From a virus: a stretch of 64,000 nt of DNA. Location of the stretch: IMG/VR virus record IMGVR_UViG_3300032136_000002, positions 38,281 to 102,280 of that record; one strand, 5' to 3'. How positions within the stretch are numbered: the stretch's first letter is position 1; each line of letters starts with the position of its first letter. Below are positions 18,649-27,592 of the stretch, in pieces. A program made the translations under genes and the position numbers. The notes under the pieces were generated by a model that saw nothing but the letters and a program-made list of their open reading frames with translations, was not told where the DNA came from and searched no databases.

Positions 18649-18826
18649 ATTGACGTCCTCCCTCGCCTAAAGGCGAGGGATTCTTGAAAGGAAGCAACTT
18701 TGGTTATTAGTCACAACCTATCAAGATGGTTCACGTTTCACCGAGACGCGCAGCGTCGAGGGGAAGCCTCGCCGATGTCTTACCGTCTCTCCGCGTGCTG
18801 CTGGGGCCCGCCCGGCCCCCAGCAGC
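18630..18826 (-). ncRNA. TnpB-type omega-RNA (reRNA) scaffold plus flank-derived guide
   Basis: ACGCGGAGAGACGGTAAGAC...CGTCTCGGTGAAACGTGAA core with nested stems, right-end hairpin, TCAA, then guide TTCAGTGTGCTCGGGTTACC. Confidence 0.7.
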
Positions 18827-18918
18827 GTTCTATCACGAGCGAAGCGCTTTACAACCCAAAAGGAAGGCGCGCTTTCCTCCCCCGGCTAAAGCCGGGGGTC
18901 TCCAGCGCGCAAAATTAG
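18650..18918 (-). mobile_element. Non-autonomous miniature IS200/IS605 element (269 bp, no tnpA or tnpB)
   Basis: Minus strand: left end GAGA-CCCCCGGC-TTTA-GCCGGGGG; right end GAAT-CCCTCGCC-TTTA-GGCGAGGG-AGGACG-TCAA; target TCAT directly 5' of the left end; no target duplication. Confidence 0.88.
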
Positions 18919-19932
18919 ATGAGCGCAGTAGTTGAAACTCTCACCCCCCTGGTGGGCTCTTTCCGCAAGAGCGGGACTGACTGGGTCACCCGGTCGTGTC
19001 CCTTCCACAGCGACCGCACACCCTCATTCGCGGTCAACACGCGGAACGGCTGCTGGGTTTGTCACAGCTGTGGGCAGAAAGGGACGCTGCCCCGGCTGCT
19101 GAAGCTCCTCGGCCTCCCCCGCGAACAAGTCGACCGCATCATGACTCCTCTGCGAGAGCAACTTGAGGAGTACGTGCGGAGACAACAATTTGCGCTCGAC
19201 CACCGGTTTGAGCGAGACCCCTTCCGGGCCGACTACCCCTTGCCTGAGCACCTCTTGGGCCTCTACGACTTCTGCCCAACGCTCCTGCTCGAAAAGGGGT
19301 TCGACCCCGCGGTCCTGCAGTCCCTCGACATCGGATTTGACCGAGGACGCAACCGCATCACCTTCCCCATCAGAGACCTCTACGGGAACCTGGCCGGCCT
19401 CTCAGGCCGCACCACGGTCGGGGCCTATCCAAGGTACAAGGTCTACACCGCCGGCTTCGAGGCAAGCACCGGCTGGGTAAACAGCGACTTCGGGGCCAAC
19501 TTCGATGAGGAGTACCCCGACTACACCATCGACAAGAGCCGCTTTTTGTGGAACGGCCACGAGGCCCTCCCCATCGCAATGGACTCCCCTTCAGAAGAGC
19601 CTGTTATCGTTGTGGAAGGCTACAAGGCGTGTTTGTGGTTGATTCAAGCCGGGTTTCCCTTGACCGTAGCCCTAATGGGCGCCTCGCTGAGCACATTCCA
19701 AGCTGACCTCTTACGCCGCTTGGCCAACCCCATCGTACTGTTCCTCGACAACAATTCCGCGGGTCACGCGGGTACAAGAAGAGCAGTCGATAGTCTTAGC
19801 CGTTCCAACACCGTAAAATCCGTGACATACCCTGACTGGGCAATTTCATCTACGCAACCTGACGACTTTGAGACTGACGTACTTAACCACTTGATACTCA
19901 ACGCAAAGCCTGAGTACTGGAAAGGAAACTGA
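18919..19932 (+). CDS. dnaG: DNA primase (CHC2 Zn finger + TOPRIM)
   Basis: CPFHSDRTPSF...CHSCG; RITFPIRD; VVEGY; FLDNN. Confidence 0.92.
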   Translation: MSAVVETLTPLVGSFRKSGTDWVTRSCPFHSDRTPSFAVNTRNGCWVCHSCGQKGTLPRLLKLLGLPREQVDRIMTPLREQLEEYVRRQQFALDHRFERDPFRADYPLPEHLLGLYDFCPTLLLEKGFDPAVLQSLDIGFDRGRNRITFPIRDLYGNLAGLSGRTTVGAYPRYKVYTAGFEASTGWVNSDFGANFDEEYPDYTIDKSRFLWNGHEALPIAMDSPSEEPVIVVEGYKACLWLIQAGFPLTVALMGASLSTFQADLLRRLANPIVLFLDNNSAGHAGTRRAVDSLSRSNTVKSVTYPDWAISSTQPDDFETDVLNHLILNAKPEYWKGN

Positions 19933-19933
19933 A

Positions 19934-21142
19934 ATGCCTGAGACACGCTACATCACCAAGCCTCGAAGGTTCCATCAAGGCCTCGGCCATCAAATGCGGA
20001 ATGCCGGCAGCGCCTTCGGCAGCTTCTCTGACCGGTGGCAACCACCGGACGCTGGTGAAGCTCCTCCAGCCTTCATCACCCTCATCAACGGGAACTACGA
20101 ACAGGAGGTTGAGCTAGCTGACACCGGAGAAAAAGGAGTCATCACTACTCACTCTTGGACCTACTTCCGCCACTGGATGCCCTTCGCCCACAGGTACGAA
20201 ACTTGCTCTGCCGGGCTGAAACTCTACACCAGCGATACCGGAGCTTGGGTATTCCAGGTAGGAAGTGGGCCCTGTGAGCTATGCAACGCTGACGGAGTGA
20301 ACAACCCTCAGCTCATTCAAGCTGCCACCATCGGTGTATGGGGGTTGCAGCATGAGGTGAAGACAAAAGTCCCTGGCCAAGACCGGGAACGAACGAGCTG
20401 GGAGCTTTGCGCCAAGCGGGGCTGTCCCCATTGCGACGCAGGGAATACCCCTGTCCCCGTCCGACGCGCCTGGTGGCCAGCACGATCGAAGGATATGGCC
20501 GCCCTGGGCATCTACGAAGCGGAAAACTTGGGGCTCAAGTGCAGTGCCGGTTGCGACGAGGACATGCACACGGCAGGCAGTCAATGCGGAAACTGTCCGC
20601 ATATTTTCATCGCACTCGAAGAGACGAGCATGACTGAAGCAGAGTTTCAGAGCCACTTGTCTGCCGCTACCACTTGTCCGGACTGCAACTCTTACGAGTA
20701 CCCTCAGCCAATTCGAGAATGCCCCACTTGCGGGAACACCGAATCCCCTGAGATCTATGACGTGCGTATCAAACTCGTTATGAAGAAGGAGTCAACCACT
20801 AATCGTCGAGGTAGGCAGCAAAATCGTTACGAACTTCAGCTTCTAGGTGACCGCAAGATCACTGCAGAGCAGCAAGCTCAGCTCGCGGAAATAGCTGTTC
20901 CTTACGATTTCGACCAGATTGTTGGTCCATCTTCTCTTGACGAGCAGCGGGCATTGCTCAACGAACCTACTCGAGGAGGGCAAGGGCAACCGAGCCAACA
21001 GCTCCCCGCCTCCTCCCAGAACCAGTACGTTGACTATAACCGCGCTGGTGGGCAACATCCCGCTGCGCCTCCGACGGCCCCGCCGCTTGCAGGGCGACCT
21101 GACTTCTTCCGGAAGCCCAACCTGACCAGCGGCCAACGATAA
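19934..21142 (+). CDS. Cys-rich protein, putative single-stranded DNA-binding protein
   Basis: Several CxxC pairs; HW...ETC...CELC pattern recalls gp32-like SSBs; lies between primase and polymerase. Confidence 0.5.
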   Translation: MPETRYITKPRRFHQGLGHQMRNAGSAFGSFSDRWQPPDAGEAPPAFITLINGNYEQEVELADTGEKGVITTHSWTYFRHWMPFAHRYETCSAGLKLYTSDTGAWVFQVGSGPCELCNADGVNNPQLIQAATIGVWGLQHEVKTKVPGQDRERTSWELCAKRGCPHCDAGNTPVPVRRAWWPARSKDMAALGIYEAENLGLKCSAGCDEDMHTAGSQCGNCPHIFIALEETSMTEAEFQSHLSAATTCPDCNSYEYPQPIRECPTCGNTESPEIYDVRIKLVMKKESTTNRRGRQQNRYELQLLGDRKITAEQQAQLAEIAVPYDFDQIVGPSSLDEQRALLNEPTRGGQGQPSQQLPASSQNQYVDYNRAGGQHPAAPPTAPPLAGRPDFFRKPNLTSGQR

Positions 21143-21153
21143 CCTTCAACCCA

Positions 21154-21187
21154 GTCTCCCCCAGGGGCCGAAGCCCCTGGGGGAGAC
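21154..21187 (+). promoter_or_regulatory. Perfect 15-bp stem-loop without a U tract
   Basis: GTCTCCCCCAGGGGC-CGAA-GCCCCTGGGGGAGAC. Confidence 0.65.
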
Positions 21188-21200
21188 GTCTACCTACGAG

Positions 21201-23237
21201 GTGACCATGCATTGGACCATCGACCGGCCCGACCCCGTACGCATATGCACTGATTCAGATTTGAGAGCCCTCAAAGACAAGCTGGCCAACAACCCGGTGG
21301 CCGCCTTTGATACTGAGACCACTGGCCTTCACCCCACTGACGACCACATCCTGTTTTGGTCTCTGTCGACCGGCGACGACCGTTACTTCCTCGAGCGCCA
21401 GCACCTCGAACCCATGCGCCAGGTGATGGAGGACCCTGAGCGGACATGGATAGGGACGCATACCAAGTATGACGCCCACATGATGGCCAACGCGGGCATC
21501 ACTTTAAGTGGTCAGTGGTACTGCACCCTGGTCATGGACCGGATGGTGGACTGTGACCAGCCCCACGGTCTGAAGGACGTCTACGAGCGAGAGTTCGACG
21601 AACACGTCTTGTCCTTCGGGGAGGTGTTCTACCCGCGCAACGCAGTGGGCAAGCCGGCAAAACCCAAAGGTAAAGAGATGGGTGAGATCCTTCTCGAAGC
21701 CTGGGACAGCCGACCCGACGAAGTAATCGAGTACGCCTCCCTCGACGCCTGGATGAGCTTCAGGATTTTCAGGGTCCTCCAACAGCGCCTGAAAGACACG
21801 GTGACCTGGAGAGGACAGGACATGTGGGACCTCTACCTCGACATCGAGGAGCCCTTCACTCACGTCCTGCACGGGATGGAGCGGCGAGGCATGGTCCTCG
21901 ACGTGCCCTACCTCGAAGCCCAGGGCAAGAAGATGGAGGAGGAGGTTGACCGGCTCAAGCGCAAGCTAGCCAAGGTGGCCGGCCGAGTCATCAATCCTGG
22001 CAGCACCAAGCAACTCGTTGAGTATTTTTTCGAGGTCAAAGGCCTCCCCGTCACCAAGTACACGGACAAGGGAGCCCCTGCCGTCGACAAGCATGTCTTG
22101 GCCGAACTCACCAAGATGGGAGTGGAAGAAGCTGGAATCGTCGCTGAAATACGGAAGGTCGACAAAACCCACAGCGCCTTCGTCACGGGACTCGTCAACA
22201 AGATCAGCCCCGACGGCCGTATCCACAGCACCTTCAACCAGCACGTCGCAGACACCACCCGCCTGAGTAGCAACAACCCCAACCTCCAGCAAATACCCAA
22301 CCCCGAGAACGACCCCTGGAACATCCGCAAGGCCTTCATCGCCCCTAAAGGGCACGTCTACCTCGCCTGTGACTATGATCAAATCGAGCTTTACATCACA
22401 GCCCACTTCAGTCGAGATCCCGCGTTACTCGACGCCATCTCCAAAGGTCGAGACCTGCACGCTGCTACAGCCGCTTTTGTATGGAACGAGAACTACGACG
22501 ATATAGTTGCCGCCAAGAAGAACAAAGAGGACACCGGTGAACGCGCAAACTTCTTACGAAGTATACGTCAGTTTGCGAAAGTTGTCGGGTTCGGTTTACT
22601 TTACGGGAAAGGGCCGAATTTACTAGCCTCCGAGCTAGGGTTCTTCGACAAAGTAAAGGCAAAACACCCCAAGGCCACCGAGAAACAAATTACGTCAGAG
22701 GCCAAGAAGATGGCCATAGAATTGACGGAAAAGTATTTCGACCGCATGCCTCTCGTTCGAGACTTCATCAAGCGCACCCACGAGATGGCCGCGGACTTCA
22801 AGTACGTGGAGACGTGGATGGGCCGGCGGCGTTGGCTGCGTCAGGTCGCTGACCAGGAACTGATTGACGCTCACCAGGCCCACGCCATCGAGGTAGCTAT
22901 TCGGCGGCACCGTGACCCCTCACAGGCCCTTTGCTGGTGTGACATCTGCAGAGACACCCGCGCTGGCGAGAGGCGGGCCACCAACAGTCCAGTCCAAGGT
23001 ACAGCCTCCGACGTCATCCAGTGCGCCCTAAACCAGATGCATTATGATAGTCAGTTAGGGGGTATCGGACTCATCCTTCAGGTCCATGACGAGGCTGGAT
23101 TTTACGTGCCAAAAGATATCGTGCAGGATGTGAAACCGCGCATACAATGGCACTTAGAGAATCCCGGGATCGACGACCTGCAAGTCCCCCTCCGTGCAGG
23201 CCTAGAGACAGGGCCAAACTGGCAGGAGGCCAAATAG
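21201..23237 (+). CDS. polA: Family A DNA polymerase with 3'-5' exonuclease
   Basis: FDTETTG; RLSSNNPNLQQIP; DYDQIEL; RQFAKVVGFGLLYG; NSPVQGTASD; QVHDE. Confidence 0.96.
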   Translation: MTMHWTIDRPDPVRICTDSDLRALKDKLANNPVAAFDTETTGLHPTDDHILFWSLSTGDDRYFLERQHLEPMRQVMEDPERTWIGTHTKYDAHMMANAGITLSGQWYCTLVMDRMVDCDQPHGLKDVYEREFDEHVLSFGEVFYPRNAVGKPAKPKGKEMGEILLEAWDSRPDEVIEYASLDAWMSFRIFRVLQQRLKDTVTWRGQDMWDLYLDIEEPFTHVLHGMERRGMVLDVPYLEAQGKKMEEEVDRLKRKLAKVAGRVINPGSTKQLVEYFFEVKGLPVTKYTDKGAPAVDKHVLAELTKMGVEEAGIVAEIRKVDKTHSAFVTGLVNKISPDGRIHSTFNQHVADTTRLSSNNPNLQQIPNPENDPWNIRKAFIAPKGHVYLACDYDQIELYITAHFSRDPALLDAISKGRDLHAATAAFVWNENYDDIVAAKKNKEDTGERANFLRSIRQFAKVVGFGLLYGKGPNLLASELGFFDKVKAKHPKATEKQITSEAKKMAIELTEKYFDRMPLVRDFIKRTHEMAADFKYVETWMGRRRWLRQVADQELIDAHQAHAIEVAIRRHRDPSQALCWCDICRDTRAGERRATNSPVQGTASDVIQCALNQMHYDSQLGGIGLILQVHDEAGFYVPKDIVQDVKPRIQWHLENPGIDDLQVPLRAGLETGPNWQEAK

Positions 23238-23238
23238 T

Positions 23239-23628
23239 ATGACTCGGATACAACTGAGGAAGAGGGTGTTAGCGACGGTGCCCGTGGACATCCGAAAAGC
23301 CATGGGCGAGCTGAGCGAGCCCATCACGAACCACATCGTCGACGCTACGCTCGAAGCAATCATGGACGCCACGGTTGAGGGAGAGAAAGTGCGGATTTAC
23401 GGGTTCGGCTCGTTGGAGACGAGCGTTCGCCCACCTCACCTGGTGTATTGCAACCTCAGCCACGATCCGGGTTTCAAAGTGACCAAGCCCCACGTTCGAG
23501 TCTACCTGCGGCCCTGTACCGCCTGGAAAGACCGGTTATCCTGTCAGGTCCAAAACCAGTTCGACGAGATAGCTGAACAGCAGCTTAGGCTCGCAAAACA
23601 AAAGACCAAAGGAGTTCGCAATGGATAA
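23239..23628 (+). CDS. HU/IHF-like DNA-binding protein
   Basis: GEKVRIYGFGSLE...R motif; size. Confidence 0.75.
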   Translation: MTRIQLRKRVLATVPVDIRKAMGELSEPITNHIVDATLEAIMDATVEGEKVRIYGFGSLETSVRPPHLVYCNLSHDPGFKVTKPHVRVYLRPCTAWKDRLSCQVQNQFDEIAEQQLRLAKQKTKGVRNG

Positions 23629-23794
23629 GTACGGGTACGTTCCGGAGGACCCATCTGACCTCGAGAAGCGCGCCGGCAAAGAGGCTGTCTGCCCTGTCTG
23701 CGGCGCCCAGTTGAGCGGCACCCCGCCGGTCTGTCCTTCCTGTGGCAGCCGGCCCTTCGAGAAAAGGAACACTGATGGGCAAAAAGACAGCTGA
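23621..23794 (+). CDS. 57-aa Zn-ribbon protein (not in the ORF track)
   Basis: GGAG RBS; MDKYGYVPEDPSDLEKRAGKEAVCPVCGAQLSGTPPVCPSCGSRPFE...; fills the gap between HU-like and RecA-like genes. Confidence 0.75.
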   Translation: MDKYGYVPEDPSDLEKRAGKEAVCPVCGAQLSGTPPVCPSCGSRPFEKRNTDGQKDS

Positions 23795-25025
23795 GCCTGA
23801 ACTCACACGCCAAGAAGTGATTGCCCGCACCCTCCAAAACATCAACACGACGCTCAACGCCGAGACGGCCAAGAGCGAGTGGAAGGAGTACGTGGTCCTA
23901 GCCAAGGACGTGACAAGCCCCTTCCTCCTCCGCCGGCCGACCGGCCTTGCCAGCCTCGACATCTGCCTGGGGGGCGGCTTCCCTGCGGGAGGCTCCATCC
24001 AGATAGGGGCCAAGGACGGGGTGGGCAAGAACGCGCTGACCTTACAGACCCTTGCCATGAACCAACGTATCTACGGCAAAGAGTCAGCCGTCGCCTGGTG
24101 CCCCACCGAGGTGAAGTTCGACAAGCCCTTCGCCCACATGTTCGGCGTGGCCGTGCCTATGAGCACTGAAGAGGTCGCTCAGTACGCAACTGCTCGAGAG
24201 GGGTTGGGCTACCCCCCAATGAGCAAGGACGAACTCAAGATGTGCAAGCGGTCTGTAGGTACCTTCGTCGTCATCGACCAAGGCTCCACAGCCCAACGAC
24301 TTGATGCCGTAGCCCAGCTCGTCCAGAGCAATGCCTTCCAAATCATCGTCATAGACTCTGTCGCCGCCATCTTGACTAATCAGAGGGACGACACCCCGCT
24401 CGACGAGTTCGCCCAGCAATCCAGCGAGGCCTTCCTCCTGAGCGAGTGGCAGAAGAAAATGTACGGCGCCTACAACTCAGGCTCCCCTCGAGACCCGAAC
24501 TACACCACGACCATCATGATCAACCAGGTACGGGCCAAGCGGAACAGGAAGGGCCCCTTCGACCGAGACTGGGAGATCAAGGGGGCTCACGCGCTACGCC
24601 ACGCCAAGCTCGGAGACATCGTCCTGTCCCGCGGAGAGATACTGGTCTCCACGGAGAAGCAGAAGGAGGACCCTGAGGACCTCACCGCCCGCAAGAAGGT
24701 GAAGCACCAAATCGGCAAGAAGGTGAGGTGGGAGATAGCCAAAGGCAAGGCTGGCTTCCACGAGGGACCCAAGGGCATGGTGGAGTACCACTACGACACC
24801 GGCTTCTATATCGAGAAGGACCTGGTAGACACCGCTTTCGGGCTCGGCCTCATCGTCCAGGTCAAGCAGGGCACCTACGCCCTGATAACTCCGGACGGAG
24901 AAGTGGTAGAAGAAGTACGAGGCAGGAAAGGTTTTTACGAAAAGGCGTATGACATCGAATGGTTTGACAAGGTGTACAAGATGATTTTGCGGAAGGCTGA
25001 TATCACGTGCTTGTTCAAGCTGTAG
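23775..25025 (+). CDS. recA: RecA/UvsX-like recombinase
   Basis: PTGLASLDICLGGGFPAG; AKDGVGKN; VIDSVAA; INQVR; GAHALRH. Confidence 0.9.
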   Translation: MGKKTAEPELTRQEVIARTLQNINTTLNAETAKSEWKEYVVLAKDVTSPFLLRRPTGLASLDICLGGGFPAGGSIQIGAKDGVGKNALTLQTLAMNQRIYGKESAVAWCPTEVKFDKPFAHMFGVAVPMSTEEVAQYATAREGLGYPPMSKDELKMCKRSVGTFVVIDQGSTAQRLDAVAQLVQSNAFQIIVIDSVAAILTNQRDDTPLDEFAQQSSEAFLLSEWQKKMYGAYNSGSPRDPNYTTTIMINQVRAKRNRKGPFDRDWEIKGAHALRHAKLGDIVLSRGEILVSTEKQKEDPEDLTARKKVKHQIGKKVRWEIAKGKAGFHEGPKGMVEYHYDTGFYIEKDLVDTAFGLGLIVQVKQGTYALITPDGEVVEEVRGRKGFYEKAYDIEWFDKVYKMILRKADITCLFKL

Positions 25026-25522
25026 CTCGGTTCCGCGGGGAGACCTACTGCGCTCAATGCCAACGGCTCAAACCCTGTACCACCCTCACCATGCAATGCA
25101 AGGAACGGGGAACGACGGTCAGCCATGCGTTCTGTGAGCAATGCGTCCGCGAGGGCATCGGCATTGAGGTCGCTCTCCCTGACCCGCAAGTCCAACGTTC
25201 ACTCGCTCGCCGGCGGCGAATGTCCCGCCTGGGTGAGCGCGCTACCGCTCGAGAGATTGGAGGGAAGCTGACCCCCAACTCCGGAGCAACGAGAGGAGAC
25301 GGAGATGTTTTGACCGACCAATGGATGGTCGAAGAGAAAAAGACCACGAGCAAGAGCTACCGCTTGTCAGTGAACCAGCTGGACAAGACCAAGGCCCAGG
25401 CTCACGCCCATCAGCGGGATTGGGTGATGCGCATTCGCATGCCCGAGACAGACCTTGCCGTGGTCGACTGGAATGTCTTGAGAGGACTGGTGATCGAGCG
25501 TGAACCGACTGACCGAGAATGA
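25007..25522 (+). CDS. PD-(D/E)xK nuclease (Hjc-like) with N-terminal Zn finger
   Basis: CAQC...CEQC; GER...TPNSGA..GDGDV...VEEK. Confidence 0.7.
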   Translation: MLVQAVARFRGETYCAQCQRLKPCTTLTMQCKERGTTVSHAFCEQCVREGIGIEVALPDPQVQRSLARRRRMSRLGERATAREIGGKLTPNSGATRGDGDVLTDQWMVEEKKTTSKSYRLSVNQLDKTKAQAHAHQRDWVMRIRMPETDLAVVDWNVLRGLVIEREPTDRE

Positions 25523-26234
25523 GTTCAATTTCATCGAAATGTGGGAAATCGAGAAAGAACTGGACCAATGGGCTCGTCATCTCGACGACAACCCCATCCC
25601 CTGGAAGACTGAACACGAATGGAACGCCCACCGAGCTGAGCACTGTTTCCACCCCTCCGCCCTGGCGCGCTACTTATGCGGCATTCAGCCCTGCAAACTA
25701 TACCTCTGGCACATGCTGATGGGTTCGCCTGGCGGCGTGCGCCTTGGGTTGAGCGGGCGCAAACGAGCCGACATGGGCACGGCCGCCCACCTCATGATGG
25801 ACTACTACATGGGGACGCGGGCCCAGCACCACGGCTACGAATACCACTGCGAGCTCAAGGTGCATGAGCCCAACCTCTACATCAAAGGTGCCGTCGACGC
25901 GTTGACCTACTGGCCGCTGAGGCAGCCCATCATCTGGGACTACAAGTCCATCGCCTCTACAGCGTTCCAGCGGCTCAAACGCCCGCACGCTCACTACATC
26001 GCCCAGGTCAACACGTACATGGGCGTGCTCAAAGTGCCGCTCTGCATCCTCCTCTACGTGGTGAAGGATTCATCACAGTTCTTCGCCTGCAAGATTCACT
26101 TCGACGAGGCACTATGGGACCGGACGGTGGAGGAGCTCAACGAGATCATCGAACTCAACTGGGACCACCCTGAACCCCAAACGGGCTCCTACTGCAAAGG
26201 TTGCCCTTACTACTACGCCTGCTTCAAGGAGTAA
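25500..26234 (+). CDS. Cas4/RecB-like PD-(D/E)xK exonuclease
   Basis: HPS...C; GTAAH; GAVD...WDYKS; QVNTY; C-terminal CxxCxxxxxC. Confidence 0.85.
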   Translation: MNRLTENEFNFIEMWEIEKELDQWARHLDDNPIPWKTEHEWNAHRAEHCFHPSALARYLCGIQPCKLYLWHMLMGSPGGVRLGLSGRKRADMGTAAHLMMDYYMGTRAQHHGYEYHCELKVHEPNLYIKGAVDALTYWPLRQPIIWDYKSIASTAFQRLKRPHAHYIAQVNTYMGVLKVPLCILLYVVKDSSQFFACKIHFDEALWDRTVEELNEIIELNWDHPEPQTGSYCKGCPYYYACFKE

Positions 26235-26237
26235 CCA

Positions 26238-26852
26238 ATGGCTGATGAAGCACCTGATTTTGATCAACTAATCCCCATTCACAACCAACACGTCTATACC
26301 AACATCATCCGCAAGGTCGACGACGAGTTGCGGGCCAAGGGTTTCTACGTCGCCCCACCCCCAGTGGACCAAGAGGGTAACGTCATCCGCCCCATCATGC
26401 CTGAACGGCTCAGCATCCTGACTCGAGAGCAAATACTCGACTTGCTCGGCCAATACACGGCCTATCTCGAGTACGTCACCCCTTCCGCGGCGGACTACGC
26501 GCTGACTCACGACGCCTGGGTCCGAGCGAAGACCCATCTCACCTCCACGCTGAGGGGTAATCTGCGAGGCAACGCCACTCAGGTCAAAGACGGAGTTGAG
26601 ATGGACCCGCGATTTCGATCCATGGACGAACAGGAGTTCGAGGCCCTCGCCATATACCGACGCGTAGCTGCTATCGAACACGGCGCAGAAACATCTCGTC
26701 AGACGATCTCACGGGCGATAACTTCCCAGGGCCAAGAGATAGACAGGACTGTGCGCGAGCACAACGTCGCAACCAACAGGAGCGGTCAATATGGCGGAGG
26801 ACGGACAACAGGGGTCCAGAGCAGATTCTTTCGGCCCGGACAAGGAGGGTAG
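26238..26852 (+). CDS. Helical hypothetical protein (possible recombination mediator)
   Basis: AGGAG RBS; position in the recombination cluster. Confidence 0.65.
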   Translation: MADEAPDFDQLIPIHNQHVYTNIIRKVDDELRAKGFYVAPPPVDQEGNVIRPIMPERLSILTREQILDLLGQYTAYLEYVTPSAADYALTHDAWVRAKTHLTSTLRGNLRGNATQVKDGVEMDPRFRSMDEQEFEALAIYRRVAAIEHGAETSRQTISRAITSQGQEIDRTVREHNVATNRSGQYGGGRTTGVQSRFFRPGQGG

Positions 26853-26859
26853 GCTCAGC

Positions 26860-27309
26860 ATGCAGGTCACGCTGCGCATGCCCCCCTCAGACAACAAACT
26901 GTACTGGCCGACCAAGTACGGCGGCCTCAAGCTCACGCCTGAAGGCCACCAGTACAAACGCTATGTCTCAGCCCACGTTGCACAGTTAGTAGCCAGGAAC
27001 TTCAGGCTGGCCAAAGACTTCAAACAGAACGTACCCTATGAGTTCTTCCTCGCTGTCTATTTCGACCAGATCGAGCTGAAGAGCTGGAAAGGTGAAAGCG
27101 CCAAGCAGAGGTACAAAAAGGTGGACCTGGGCAACCGACAAAAATTGATCATTGATGCGATGACCGAAGCCGTGGGGGTCGACGACCGGCACATCTTCAA
27201 AGAGGTGCTCGTCAAACGATGCGACCCGGAGAACCCACGAATGGTGGCCTTGCTGCGAGAACAGGAGACAAGGGATGGAGAGCCTTCTCCCGCAGTGCAA
27301 TCTGACTGA
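26860..27309 (+). CDS. rusA: RusA-family Holliday junction resolvase
   Basis: PPSDNKLY; DLGNRQKLIIDAM; GVDDRHI. Confidence 0.8.
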   Translation: MQVTLRMPPSDNKLYWPTKYGGLKLTPEGHQYKRYVSAHVAQLVARNFRLAKDFKQNVPYEFFLAVYFDQIELKSWKGESAKQRYKKVDLGNRQKLIIDAMTEAVGVDDRHIFKEVLVKRCDPENPRMVALLREQETRDGEPSPAVQSD

Positions 27310-27592
27310 GCTGGTGGCCATCGCCGCCAGCAAGGGTATCCGCACCCACAGAGGTGTCGGGCGCGAAGCGTTAACCCGAGCAATCATTGAGAATGACAAC
27401 AGCCTCCCAGCCAACCCCCTCGACAAGGAGCGCGATGACGTGATGTGGGCGTTAGAGGAGTACAAGACCCGGCTGAGGAGTCAAATCCAATGTCACATGA
27501 ACTGCTACCTGCACTCGGACGGGCACGTAGCACGGTGTGCCATCAAAGCTGAAAGAATCCTGGATAAGGCGCGTAAGGAGGGAAAGAGATGA
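27275..27592 (+). CDS. Hypothetical protein
   Basis: ORF track; C-terminal C/H cluster; operon coupling. Confidence 0.7.
   Translation: MESLLPQCNLTELVAIAASKGIRTHRGVGREALTRAIIENDNSLPANPLDKERDDVMWALEEYKTRLRSQIQCHMNCYLHSDGHVARCAIKAERILDKARKEGKR

Noticed and set aside
18650-18918. Simple terminator pair or group I intron/IStron
   Set aside because: Ends fit IS200/IS605 guide and cleavage rules; it is too short and has no recognisable intron core, and it is intergenic
18700-18935. ORFs 18700-18918 and 18726-18935 as transposase or TnpB remnants
   Set aside because: No HUH, RuvC or Zn-finger motifs; they run antisense through the RNA scaffold
25500-26234. CRISPR-Cas system suggested by the Cas4-like gene
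   Set aside because: No repeat-spacer array or other cas genes seen; solo Cas4-like nucleases are common in phage recombination modules
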